This document shows, piece by piece, positions 26,793-36,223 of a DNA stretch of 64,000 bases. The notes under the pieces are model-generated. The model saw only the letters and a list, made by a program, of their open reading frames with translations, had not been told where the DNA came from and made no database searches. The position numbers and the translations under genes were made by a program. Numbering within the stretch: position 1 is the first letter of the stretch; each line of letters opens with the position of its first letter. Source of the stretch: Spirochaetia bacterium (GTDB lineage Bacteria; Spirochaetota; Spirochaetia; SZUA-6; Bin103). The stretch lies in assembly GCA_965203055.1 (NCBI GenBank), contig OZ241863.1, positions 1,664,001-1,728,000 on the forward strand, in the 5' to 3' direction.

Positions 26793-27689
26793 ATGGCAAG
26801 GCAGGCAGAGTCCCGGGAGACCCAGGTAGAGATCATCGTGCGGCGGCGGTCGCTGGTCGGCGAAGGCGCGATCTGGGACGCCGAGCGGCAGGTGCTGTAC
26901 TGGGTGGACATCATCGGCCACAAGCTGTTCGTGTACGACCCGGCGACGGGCGAGAACCGCGCGCTCGACACCCTGCAGGCGGTGGGCACGGTGGTGCCGC
27001 GCGCCGCCGGCGGGGTGGTCGTGGCGCTCCACAACGGCTTTGCCGGCCTCGACCCGGACAGCGGTTCGATGCGCCCCATCGCCGATCCGGAACGCCATCT
27101 CCCGGCCAACCGCTTCAACGACGGCAAGTGCGACCCGGCCGGCCGGCTGTGGGCCGGCACCATGGAGTTCGACGGCGCGCCGGGGCGCGGCGCGCTCTAC
27201 TGCCTCGAAGTGGACGGCACCGTAACCCGCAAGTTCGGCGGCGTTACCATCTCCAATGGGATCGTCTGGAGCCGGGACGGGCGCACCATGTACTACGTCG
27301 ATACCGGGCGCAACGACGTGCGCGCATACGACTACGACCTGGACAGCGGCGCCATCGACAACGAACGGGTCACGGTGACCAATGCCGGGCGCGGCCGCTT
27401 CGACGGCATGACGATGGATGAGGAAGGCATGCTGTGGATCGCGATCTTCGGCGGCGGCGCAGTGCGCCGCTACCACCCCGAGAGCGGCGAGCTGTTGGCC
27501 ACCGTGGAGCTGCCGATGAGCCAGATTACCTCGTGCGCCTTTGGCGGCCCCGACCTGAGCGATCTGTACGTCACCTCGGCCTGCCTGCGCCTGAGCCCCG
27601 CCGAGCGGGAGGCGGAGCCGCTGGCCGGCTCATTGGTAAAGGTGGCGCCCGGCGTGCGCGGCCTCCCTGCCATCCCCTACGCCGGCTAG
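26793..27689 (+). CDS. SMP-30/gluconolactonase family protein
   Basis: GEGAIWD, RFNDGKCD, SNGIVWS, DGMTMD and CAFGG motifs. Confidence 0.93.
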   Translation: MARQAESRETQVEIIVRRRSLVGEGAIWDAERQVLYWVDIIGHKLFVYDPATGENRALDTLQAVGTVVPRAAGGVVVALHNGFAGLDPDSGSMRPIADPERHLPANRFNDGKCDPAGRLWAGTMEFDGAPGRGALYCLEVDGTVTRKFGGVTISNGIVWSRDGRTMYYVDTGRNDVRAYDYDLDSGAIDNERVTVTNAGRGRFDGMTMDEEGMLWIAIFGGGAVRRYHPESGELLATVELPMSQITSCAFGGPDLSDLYVTSACLRLSPAEREAEPLAGSLVKVAPGVRGLPAIPYAG

Positions 27690-27896
27690 CGCTGCCGGTT
27701 GGCGGCCCGGTTCGGCGGCGGGCGGCGCCGTTCGGGGCATCACGTTGCAGGAACCGGCGGTAGCAGCGATGTAGTCCCGCGGCGCCACGTTCGCCGCGAG
27801 CGCTCATTTGACGGTTGGCCGGCGGCGCGCGGCGCGCGGCTGAGCGAGCCCCGGCGTTGACCGCGTTGCGCGGCGGGCGATAGATTCCGTGCTTCC

Positions 27897-30086
27897 GTGA
27901 CCCTGCCTGCCGACATCGCCGCGCTCGTGGAGCGTACCCAACCGGGCTTTCGCGTGGCCGCGGCCTTCGCCGCCGACATCAGCCGGGAGGGCCGCCTGAC
28001 CACCGAATGGCTGGCCGCCGGGCCGGCCGGCCTGGCGCTGGTGCGCGGCCGGGCGGTCACCGTGCTGGCGCGGGCCGAACTCGAGTCGCTTGCCACGCAC
28101 CGCTATCTGAGCGGCGGGCGGCTGACGGCGCGGCGCGCCGGCGGCGAGCTGCTGCTGGCCCGCTACTCCGGCGCCCGCGCGGGCGCCGCGGAGGAGTTCG
28201 TACGTACTGCCAATCGCGTGCTGCGGGAGGACGAGGAACCGGCGCGCGGCATCGAGCAGGCCGCGGCGCCGGATACCGCGGCCGCGGCGGAGCCGGGCGC
28301 CGCCGCCGCGTCGGCCGCGCCGGCCGCCGGCCGCGTGCTGCCGCGGCTGTTCGCCCTGATGCCGCCCGGCAAATACTGGCGGCTGCCGGTCATTGCGCTG
28401 GCGCTCGCCGGGGCGGCCGGCGCCGCGGTGCTGGCGCCGCTGCTGGCGGGGCGCTTCCTGTTCGACGAGGTGCTGGCCCCCGACGGCCGCTTTGCCGGCC
28501 GGCTGCTGCTGGCGGTGGGCCTGCTGCTGCTGGCGCGGCTTGCCAACGTGGCGTGCAACGTCACCTGGGGGTGGACCAACGCCGCCTTGATCCATGACCT
28601 GGAGATCACGCTCAAGCGCACCGCGTTCGGCTCGCTGCAGCGCCTCTCCATGCGCTTCTACGGCGCCCGCCATACCGGCGAGATGATGACCCGCCTGGAG
28701 CAGGACGCCTCCGACATTGCGCTGCTGTTCCACCTCATCGCGCCGAACGCGCTCACCGGCGGCCTGTTCGTGGCCGGCTCGCTGATCGCCATGCTGCTCC
28801 TCGACTGGCAGCTCGCCCTGGCCGCCATCCTCCCCTTCCCGCTGCTGTTCATCGTGTTCCGGCGCATCATTCCGGAAGTCAACTCCTACTTCGAGCGCCT
28901 GTTCCGCGCCGAGGCAGAACTGCGCACCGTCACCAGCGATTCCCTGACCGGCGCGCGGGTGGTGCGCGCCTTTGGCCGCCAGGAGTATGAGCTGAAACGC
29001 TTCGCCGGACCCAATCGCGCCGCGGCGCGGCTCGGTCACCTGGCCGACGTCATGGAGGGAACCACGCAGCCGCCGATGCAGCTCGTCACCGAGCTGGTAC
29101 TGGTGGGGGTGTGGGCGGCCGGCGCCTGGGCGGTGGCGCGTGATCAGGTGAGCGTCGGGGCTCTGGTGACCTTCGCCGCCTATCTGGCGCAATTCTTCTG
29201 GCCGGTGGGCGGCCTGGTGTCGCTGGCGCAGGATTGGGCCCGCGTCGCCACCGCGGCGCGGCGGCTGCTGACCTTGATCGACGCGCCGCCGGACCTGCCG
29301 CAGCCGGCGCGCCCGCGGCGCGCCGCTCCGGCAAGCGGCGGGGTCACCCTGGAGCGGGTGTCGTTCAGCTACACCCCCGGCCAGCCGGCGCTGCGCGGCG
29401 TGAGCCTGCAGGCCGCGGCCGGCGAGATGATCGGCCTGGTGGGGCCCACCGGGGCCGGCAAGTCGACGGTGATCAACCTGCTGGCGCGGCTCTACGATGC
29501 GGACGAAGGGGTGGCGCGGCTTGGCGGCCGCGACGTGCGCTCGCTCGCCGCCGCCGACCTGAGCGGCCAGATCGGCATCGTCCTGCAGGACACCTACCTG
29601 TTTCTGGGCAGCGTGGCCGCCAACATCGGCTACGCCCGGCCCGACGCGGGGCGCAACCGGATCGTCGCCGCGGCCATGGCGGCCAACGCCCACGACTTCA
29701 TCGTGCAGCTTCCCGACGGGTACGACACCGAGTTGGGGCCGGGCGGCCAGGAGTTGTCCGGCGGGCAGCGGCAACGTCTCGCCATTGCCCGCGCGCTGCT
29801 GTTGGATCCGCCGATCCTGCTGATGGATGAGGCGACCTCCAGCGTGGACAGCGAGACCGAGCTGCGCATCCAGGCGGCCATCGAACGGTTGGTGCGCGGC
29901 CGCACGGTGGTGATGATCGCCCATCGGCTGTCCACCCTGCGGATGGCCGAGCGGCTCTACGTGCTGGACCGCGGACAGGTGGTGGAGAGCGGCCCGCACC
30001 ACCGGCTGATGCGCAGCGGCGGATTCTATCAGCGGCTGGTGGAGCGCCAGCGGGAGGCGTTGCACGTGATCGGAGTTGGCGAATGA
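27897..30086 (+). CDS. ABC exporter (fused TMD-NBD) with N-terminal extension
   Basis: GPTGAGKS, LSGGQRQ and LMDEATS motifs; TM domain; ~140-aa N-terminal soluble region. Confidence 0.92.
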   Translation: MTLPADIAALVERTQPGFRVAAAFAADISREGRLTTEWLAAGPAGLALVRGRAVTVLARAELESLATHRYLSGGRLTARRAGGELLLARYSGARAGAAEEFVRTANRVLREDEEPARGIEQAAAPDTAAAAEPGAAAASAAPAAGRVLPRLFALMPPGKYWRLPVIALALAGAAGAAVLAPLLAGRFLFDEVLAPDGRFAGRLLLAVGLLLLARLANVACNVTWGWTNAALIHDLEITLKRTAFGSLQRLSMRFYGARHTGEMMTRLEQDASDIALLFHLIAPNALTGGLFVAGSLIAMLLLDWQLALAAILPFPLLFIVFRRIIPEVNSYFERLFRAEAELRTVTSDSLTGARVVRAFGRQEYELKRFAGPNRAAARLGHLADVMEGTTQPPMQLVTELVLVGVWAAGAWAVARDQVSVGALVTFAAYLAQFFWPVGGLVSLAQDWARVATAARRLLTLIDAPPDLPQPARPRRAAPASGGVTLERVSFSYTPGQPALRGVSLQAAAGEMIGLVGPTGAGKSTVINLLARLYDADEGVARLGGRDVRSLAAADLSGQIGIVLQDTYLFLGSVAANIGYARPDAGRNRIVAAAMAANAHDFIVQLPDGYDTELGPGGQELSGGQRQRLAIARALLLDPPILLMDEATSSVDSETELRIQAAIERLVRGRTVVMIAHRLSTLRMAERLYVLDRGQVVESGPHHRLMRSGGFYQRLVERQREALHVIGVGE

Positions 30087-30580
30087 ATCGCACTGACCCG
30101 GCCCGGCTGGGCCCCGAACAGATCCGCTTCGAACGCACCGGCGGCGACTTGGTGCGCGCCATTCTGGCCGACGGCACGCGCCATGAACCGGTGGACTTCT
30201 ACCGCGCATTTCCCTTCTCGGCGCCGGATGACCTGGTCGCAGTGCATGACGCGGATGGCGCGGAGCTGGGATTGCTGGCGCCGCTCGAGACCTTCTCCGC
30301 GGCCGCTCGCCGGCTGATCGACGAGGAACTTGAGCGCCGCTACTTCGCCCCGCGGATCACCGCCGTTACCTCCCTGACGGAACGGTTCGGACAATCGCAC
30401 TGGCAGGTGGAAACGGAAGCCGGTCCGGCGCGGTTCACCGCCCGGAACGAGCACGCCAACCTGCGCGATCTGCCGGACGGGACCCTGCTGCTGCTCGACG
30501 TGGACGGCAACCGCTACCGCCTGGCGCCGCGCTCCGAGCTGCCGCCGCGCATCCGGCGCCGGCTGGAGGCGATGTTTTGA
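30083..30580 (+). CDS. DUF1854-like protein
   Basis: RAFPFSAP, ELERRYFAPRI, WQVETEAG and DVDGNRY motifs; sits between two ABC exporters. Confidence 0.75.
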   Translation: MNRTDPARLGPEQIRFERTGGDLVRAILADGTRHEPVDFYRAFPFSAPDDLVAVHDADGAELGLLAPLETFSAAARRLIDEELERRYFAPRITAVTSLTERFGQSHWQVETEAGPARFTARNEHANLRDLPDGTLLLLDVDGNRYRLAPRSELPPRIRRRLEAMF

Positions 30581-32793
30581 CCGCGCCGCCCCCGGTGTTG
30601 GCGGTGGTGGCCGCGGCGGCGCCGGGAGAAGCGCCGCTGCACTACGCGCCGGCGGACCTCGACGCGCGCGCCCACTACCAGGACGGACACCTGGTGGTCA
30701 CCGAGCGCAGCGTACTCGCCATTGCCGGCGGGCGCGTGGTGTTGCGTCACGCGCGCCGGCCCGGCGACCGCTTCGCCGCCCACGTGATGACCGGCTCCGG
30801 CCTGTTTCTGCTCCTCCCGGAGCACCGCGGCGAGGCGGCCGGCGGCGCGCCGGGCAGCCGCGCCCTCGCCCGCTTCAGCCGCCGCCATGCCGGCGCCTAC
30901 CTGCGGCTGGCCGCGGCCCTGGGCGGCGCCGCGCGCAGCGCGCGCCCGGAGCGCGACGCCGCGCCCGCGGCCGACGGCCTGCGCGCGCAACAGCGCGGCG
31001 GTTTCGCCCGCGACTGGGTGGCGGAACCGCTGCGCAACCCGCGCGCGGTCCTGCTGCGGCTGCTGGCCTTCCTCCGGCCCCATCGCGGGACCCTGCTCCT
31101 GACCTTGCTGCTGTTCGCCGCGGCCAACCTGCTCGCGCTGGCGATCCCGCAGTTCACCCGCGTGCTGCTCGACGACTGGCTGGTGCCGCGCACCGTCCGG
31201 CCGGCGCCGGTGGCCTGGCTGCTGGCCGCAATGGCCGGCTGCTACGTGCTGCGCGCCGCCATCCTGGTGCTGCGCAACCGCGGCGTGGCGCGCCTCAGCG
31301 CCGGGCTGGTGTACGACCTGCGGCGCGCCGTCTACGCCAGCGTGCAGACCATGTCGCTGCGCTTCATCGCCGCCAAGCCGCCCGGCGACGTCCTCAACCG
31401 GGTGGCCGCCGACACCACCAACCTGCGCCGGTTCCTGCAGAGCTGGGCCACCGAGGGCGTGAGCCAGGCGCTGCTGTTCGTGTTGCTGTGCGCGGTCGCC
31501 TTCGTCCAGAACTGGTTGTTGGCCCTGCTCACCATCGCCACCATTCCGCTGGCGGCGCTGCTGGCGGTAGCGGTGTGGCGGCTGGCGCGGTGGATGGAGC
31601 GTACCCATCACCGCCTGCACGACAAGATCGGCACCTTCGTCCACGACGTGCTGGCCGGCATCCGCGTGGTCAAGGCGTTTCGTCGCGAGCCGGCCGAGAT
31701 CGCCCGCTACCGCCGCTGGACGGCGCGCAAGTACGTCATCGACGTGCGCAACCAGAAGATCTGGCGCACCATGGGGCCGCTGGTCGAGTTCTCCACCCGC
31801 CTGGGCGAGTTGCTGGTGTTCCTGGTCGGCGGCGCCCTGGTGCTGGCCGGCGAGCTGAGCGTCGGCGAGCTGGTGCAGTTCGCGGCCTACGTGGTGCTGC
31901 TGGTGGAGCCGCTGGCCTGGGCCGGGGAGCTGCCGCAGCGGTTGGTCGAGACGCTGACCTCCGCCGAGCGGGTGTTCGAAGCGATCGACCAGCAGCCGGA
32001 GATTGCGGCGCCCGCGCGCCCGGTCAGCCGCGCGCTGAGCGGATCGGTCGAGTTCCGCGGCGTGGAGTTCGCCTACCGCGCGGGCGAGCCGGTGCTGCAG
32101 GAGTTCTCACTGCGCATCGCCGCCGGCGAGATGGTGGGCCTGGTGGGCGCCTCGGGGGCCGGCAAGTCGACCGTGATCAACCTGCTGCTGCGCCTCTACG
32201 ACGTCGACCGCGGCGGCATTACCCTGGACGGCATCGACGTTCGCCGCCTGGAGCCGGCCTGCCTGCGGCGCCACCTGGGAGTGGTGCTGCAAGACCCCTT
32301 CCTGTTCTCCGGCACGGTGGCGGACAACATCCGCTATGCGAAGCCGGACGCCGGCGCCGCGGAAGTGGTACGGGCGGCGCGCATCGCCCAGGCCTACGAC
32401 TTCGTGATGGCGTTTCCCGACGGCTTCGATACGCTGGTCGGGGAACGCGGGCAACGGCTGTCCGGCGGCGAACGCCAGCGCATCTCCATTGCCCGCGCCA
32501 TCCTGCGCGATCCCCGCATTCTGATTCTGGACGAAGCCACCTCGGCCCTCGACCTGGAAACCGAGGAGCGCATCCACGCCGCGCTGGCCGCGGTCACCGC
32601 CGGGCGCACCGTAATCGCCATCGCCCACCGGCTGGCGACGCTCCGCCGCGCCCGGCGGCTGGTGGTGATGGAGGCCGGCCGCATCGCGGAGTCGGGCACC
32701 CACCGCCAGTTGCTGGCCGCCCGCGGCCGCTACCGCCGCATGGTGGAGGCGCAACGCGCCCTGGCCGACGCCCAGACCCTTACCCACGCCTGA
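30577..32793 (+). CDS. ABC exporter (fused TMD-NBD) with N-terminal extension
   Basis: GASGAGKS, LSGGERQ and ILDEATS motifs. Confidence 0.92.
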   Translation: MTAPPPVLAVVAAAAPGEAPLHYAPADLDARAHYQDGHLVVTERSVLAIAGGRVVLRHARRPGDRFAAHVMTGSGLFLLLPEHRGEAAGGAPGSRALARFSRRHAGAYLRLAAALGGAARSARPERDAAPAADGLRAQQRGGFARDWVAEPLRNPRAVLLRLLAFLRPHRGTLLLTLLLFAAANLLALAIPQFTRVLLDDWLVPRTVRPAPVAWLLAAMAGCYVLRAAILVLRNRGVARLSAGLVYDLRRAVYASVQTMSLRFIAAKPPGDVLNRVAADTTNLRRFLQSWATEGVSQALLFVLLCAVAFVQNWLLALLTIATIPLAALLAVAVWRLARWMERTHHRLHDKIGTFVHDVLAGIRVVKAFRREPAEIARYRRWTARKYVIDVRNQKIWRTMGPLVEFSTRLGELLVFLVGGALVLAGELSVGELVQFAAYVVLLVEPLAWAGELPQRLVETLTSAERVFEAIDQQPEIAAPARPVSRALSGSVEFRGVEFAYRAGEPVLQEFSLRIAAGEMVGLVGASGAGKSTVINLLLRLYDVDRGGITLDGIDVRRLEPACLRRHLGVVLQDPFLFSGTVADNIRYAKPDAGAAEVVRAARIAQAYDFVMAFPDGFDTLVGERGQRLSGGERQRISIARAILRDPRILILDEATSALDLETEERIHAALAAVTAGRTVIAIAHRLATLRRARRLVVMEAGRIAESGTHRQLLAARGRYRRMVEAQRALADAQTLTHA

Positions 32794-32918
32794 ACCACCC
32801 GCCGCCGCACCTGCGGCCCGCCGGAGCAGGAACTGTCCGTGTCGGACGGAACGCGCGCGCTTGACCGCTGCCGGGGGTGCACTATAGTGGCTCTATCCAG
32901 ACCCGTAGGAGGCACAGG

Positions 32919-34244
32919 ATGACCCGTAACGTACGTGCAGGTACCGCGCTTGCCGCGCTGCTGCTGGCGGCGCCCCTACTTTGGGCCGGCGGCGGCGGCG
33001 AAGGAAGCGCCCCGGAGGGACCGGCCGAGGTCGTCGCCTGGTTGCGCGGCGGCGCCGGCGGCGTGGAATGGTTCGAACGCATGGCCGCCGAGTACATGCA
33101 GGCCCACCCGCAGGTTACCATGCGCATGGAGCATCAAGGCGGCAGCCACTCCGACTACGGCGCCAAGCTGCGCCTGTCGTTCCGCTCCGGCACCGGCCCC
33201 GACATCATCCACGAACCGCATGACGTCAACCTGACCTCGCTGATGTCCGCCGGCTTCACCGCACCGGCTCCCGACGACCTGGTGGCGCTGATCGAGCAGG
33301 AGACGATCGCCGAGAACGCGCTCCTGTTTCAGCACCTGGACGGTGACCCGTCCAAGCCGATCCACGCCGCCCTCATCACCTGGCAGTGCCAGCAGTACCT
33401 GTACAACCGGGACTATCTGGCCGCCGCGGGACTGCCCGAGCGCGGCGCCGCCGACCGCGACGAGTTTCGCGACTGGGCCAGGAAGCTCACGGTACGGGAT
33501 GCCGACGGCAACATGGTCCGGGCCGGGTACACCTTCAAGATGCCCAACCCCCACTGGCACATGTCGCCGTGGGTGTTCGGCGCGGGCGGCACCTATCTGA
33601 ACCCGGAGCAGACCGCCGCCGCGGTGACCACGGCGGAAGGCCGCGCCGCCTGGAAGCGCGCCATGCAGTACATCTACGACATCACCTGGGAGGATGGCTC
33701 CGGCGACTTCGGCGCCGGCAACCCGCGTGAGCTGTTCTGGAACGGCGACGTCGCCATTCACGCCGAAGGGATCTACGAAATCGCCAATCTCCACCGCAAC
33801 GCGCCCGAGCTCGATTACATCCTGGACAACATCCCCGCGGACCGCTACTCAAGCCCGGTGTGCGCAGTGGGCGGCATTGCGGTCTCCAGCAAGTCGGAGC
33901 ACCCGGAAGTGGCGTGGGATTTTCTGCGCTTCTCGCTGCAGCCGGAGCGGCACAAGACGCTGTTCGATCCGGAGAGTGAGAGCCAGTTGCCTCCCTACCG
34001 CAGCACCGCGGAGCTGGTGGCGGTGGATCACCCGGCATGGCAGACCTTCCTGCAGCAGCCCAACCGCCGCCTGCGCATGCAGGGCCTGGGCGCCAACGAG
34101 GCGTGGCAGGAGGTCGGGCGCGCGGTGGAGGCGTACCTGTCACAGAGCAAGACCCTGGATCAGAGCCTGGACGACCTGGCCGCGGCGTTCGCCAAGATCA
34201 TGGAGGATCGTCCCATTCGGGAGCTGCCGATCACCTATCAGTAG
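32919..34244 (+). CDS. Carbohydrate ABC transporter substrate-binding protein
   Basis: Signal peptide ending LWAGGGGE; GPDII, YLYNRDYL and AWDFLRF motifs; followed by two permeases. Confidence 0.9.
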   Translation: MTRNVRAGTALAALLLAAPLLWAGGGGEGSAPEGPAEVVAWLRGGAGGVEWFERMAAEYMQAHPQVTMRMEHQGGSHSDYGAKLRLSFRSGTGPDIIHEPHDVNLTSLMSAGFTAPAPDDLVALIEQETIAENALLFQHLDGDPSKPIHAALITWQCQQYLYNRDYLAAAGLPERGAADRDEFRDWARKLTVRDADGNMVRAGYTFKMPNPHWHMSPWVFGAGGTYLNPEQTAAAVTTAEGRAAWKRAMQYIYDITWEDGSGDFGAGNPRELFWNGDVAIHAEGIYEIANLHRNAPELDYILDNIPADRYSSPVCAVGGIAVSSKSEHPEVAWDFLRFSLQPERHKTLFDPESESQLPPYRSTAELVAVDHPAWQTFLQQPNRRLRMQGLGANEAWQEVGRAVEAYLSQSKTLDQSLDDLAAAFAKIMEDRPIRELPITYQ

Positions 34245-34283
34245 GAGCGTTTGCCGCCGGCGCCGCGCCGCGCGCGCCGGCGC

Positions 34284-34318
34284 GATGACGCGCGGGCCGT
34301 ACCGGCCCGCGCGTCATC
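34284..34318. terminator. Intercistronic hairpin after the binding-protein gene (mRNA stabiliser or partial terminator)
   Basis: gatgacgcgcgggccg-tac-cggcccgcgcgtcatc, perfect 16-bp stem. Confidence 0.6.
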
Positions 34319-34330
34319 CAAAGAGGTACG

Positions 34331-35254
34331 ATGAGCACACCTGTCAGGCATGACCGGAGCCGGAGCCTCAACCGGGAGTTGGTGACCACCTACGCCATCG
34401 TGCTGGTGCTGATGGCGTACTTCGCCCTGCGCCATCTCTACCCCACCCTGTTCGCATTCTTCGTCAGCTTCAGCAAGTACGACCTGCTGACCGGCGCGTT
34501 TTCCTTCGTCGGCCTCGACAACTACGTCGATGCCTTCACCGATCAGCGCTCCGTCAGGTCGATCGTCAATACCTCGATCTACGTCGTGGGCAACGTTGCC
34601 GGGGTAACCCTGCTGGGACTGGTGTTCGCCCTGCTGCTGGACCTCATGGGCACCGGTTCGGTGGTGCTGCGCACCATCTACTTCATGCCCGTAGTGGTGT
34701 CGGTGGTGGCCCTGTCGCAACTCTGGATCTGGATCTATCACCGCGATCTCGGCCTGCTCAACTGGGCGCTGTCGCTGGTCGGGATCGGCAAGGTGGGCTG
34801 GCTGGTCGACACCCGTTACGCGCTCACCTCGATCATCATCATGAACGTGTGGCGGGAGATGGGCTTCGCCCTGGTGATCTTCCTGGCCGGCCTGAAGACC
34901 ATCCCCGAGCACTTCTACGACGCCGCCCGAGTCGATGGAGCCGGCGTCTGGCAGGTGGCGCGCCGCATCACCATTCCGCTGCTGACGCCGATTACGCTGC
35001 TGGTCGTGGTGGTCAACACCATCGGGGCATTCAAGGTATTTACCCAGGTGTTCGTGATGGGGCAACAGGGGGGCACCTACTTCGGCGGACCGATGAACAG
35101 CACGCTGACCATCGTGCTCAAGATCTACGAAACCTCGTTCACCGACTTCCGCATCGGCGCCGGACAGTCGCTGGCGTTCGTACTCACTGCCATCGTAGTG
35201 TTGATCACCACCCTGCAGCGCAAGGCGTTCAAGCGCTTCGACTACGAGTATTGA
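34331..35254 (+). CDS. Carbohydrate ABC permease (MalF-like)
   Basis: FVGLDNY; EAA loop YDAARVDGA. Confidence 0.93.
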   Translation: MSTPVRHDRSRSLNRELVTTYAIVLVLMAYFALRHLYPTLFAFFVSFSKYDLLTGAFSFVGLDNYVDAFTDQRSVRSIVNTSIYVVGNVAGVTLLGLVFALLLDLMGTGSVVLRTIYFMPVVVSVVALSQLWIWIYHRDLGLLNWALSLVGIGKVGWLVDTRYALTSIIIMNVWREMGFALVIFLAGLKTIPEHFYDAARVDGAGVWQVARRITIPLLTPITLLVVVVNTIGAFKVFTQVFVMGQQGGTYFGGPMNSTLTIVLKIYETSFTDFRIGAGQSLAFVLTAIVVLITTLQRKAFKRFDYEY

Positions 35255-35258
35255 GTCG

Positions 35259-36143
35259 ATGAGTACCGAGCTGCCGCCTGTCGACCGCAGCGTCACCCGC
35301 GCCGCGCAACGGGCCGCCGGCAGTGCCATCCTGTCTCCCTGGCGGCTGTTGCTCTACCTGGTGCTGGGGATGGTGGCGGTGATCTACATTACCCCCTTCT
35401 ACTGGATGATCGCATCGGCCATCAAGCCGCAAAGCGAGATGTTCAAGTTCCCGCCCACGCTGATCCCGCAGGCGGTCACGGCCGACAACTTCGCGCGCGT
35501 GTTCGAGGTGATTCCGCTGGCGCGGGCCTACTGGAACACCTTCTACACCTCGCTGTACATCGTGCTGTCGCAGCTCCTGTTCTGCTCGGTCGCCGGCTAC
35601 ATCTTCGAGAAGGCGCGGTTCCGCTTCCGCGAGCTGTGCTTCACGCTCATTCTGATCACCATGATCATCCCGTTTCAGTCCGAAATGGTGCCTCTGTTCC
35701 TGTTGATGAGCGACCTGGGGCTGGTGGACACCCACGCCGCCATCGTATTGCCGGCAATGATCACTCCGTTCGCGGTGTTCTTCTTCCGCCAGAACGTGAA
35801 GAGCATCCCCGACGACCTCCTGGACGCCGCCAGGATCGACGGCAGCGGCGTGCTCGGCCGCTACTGGCACGTGGTGGTGCCCAACATCAAGCCCGCCATC
35901 GGCACGATCACCATCTTCGCCTTCCTGGGGGCCTGGAACAACTTCCTGTGGCCGCTGATCATTCTCAACTCGCGCCGGAAGATGTTGATCGAGCAGGTAC
36001 TCTCGGTGTTGACCGCGGAGTTCGCCCAGGAACCGGCGGCGCGGATGGCCGCGGCGACCATGGCGGTCGTACCGATCTTGCTGGTGTTCTTCTTCTCGCA
36101 GCGCTACTTCGTGCGCGGCATTGCGCTCACCGGATTGAAGTAG
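35259..36143 (+). CDS. Carbohydrate ABC permease (MalG-like)
   Basis: LDAARIDGS, WNNFLWPL and QRYFVRG motifs. Confidence 0.93.
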   Translation: MSTELPPVDRSVTRAAQRAAGSAILSPWRLLLYLVLGMVAVIYITPFYWMIASAIKPQSEMFKFPPTLIPQAVTADNFARVFEVIPLARAYWNTFYTSLYIVLSQLLFCSVAGYIFEKARFRFRELCFTLILITMIIPFQSEMVPLFLLMSDLGLVDTHAAIVLPAMITPFAVFFFRQNVKSIPDDLLDAARIDGSGVLGRYWHVVVPNIKPAIGTITIFAFLGAWNNFLWPLIILNSRRKMLIEQVLSVLTAEFAQEPAARMAAATMAVVPILLVFFFSQRYFVRGIALTGLK

Positions 36144-36165
36144 GCAGCCCAACCCTGCGCCGGCC

Positions 36166-36200
36166 GCAGTGGTGCTGCGCCGCGGGCGCAGCACCACTGC
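36166..36200. terminator. Hairpin between convergent operons (likely bidirectional terminator)
   Basis: gcagtggtgctgcgcc-gcg-ggcgcagcaccactgc, perfect 16-bp stem. Confidence 0.7.
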
Positions 36201-36223
36201 CGTTCCGGTAGCTGACGATCGGC

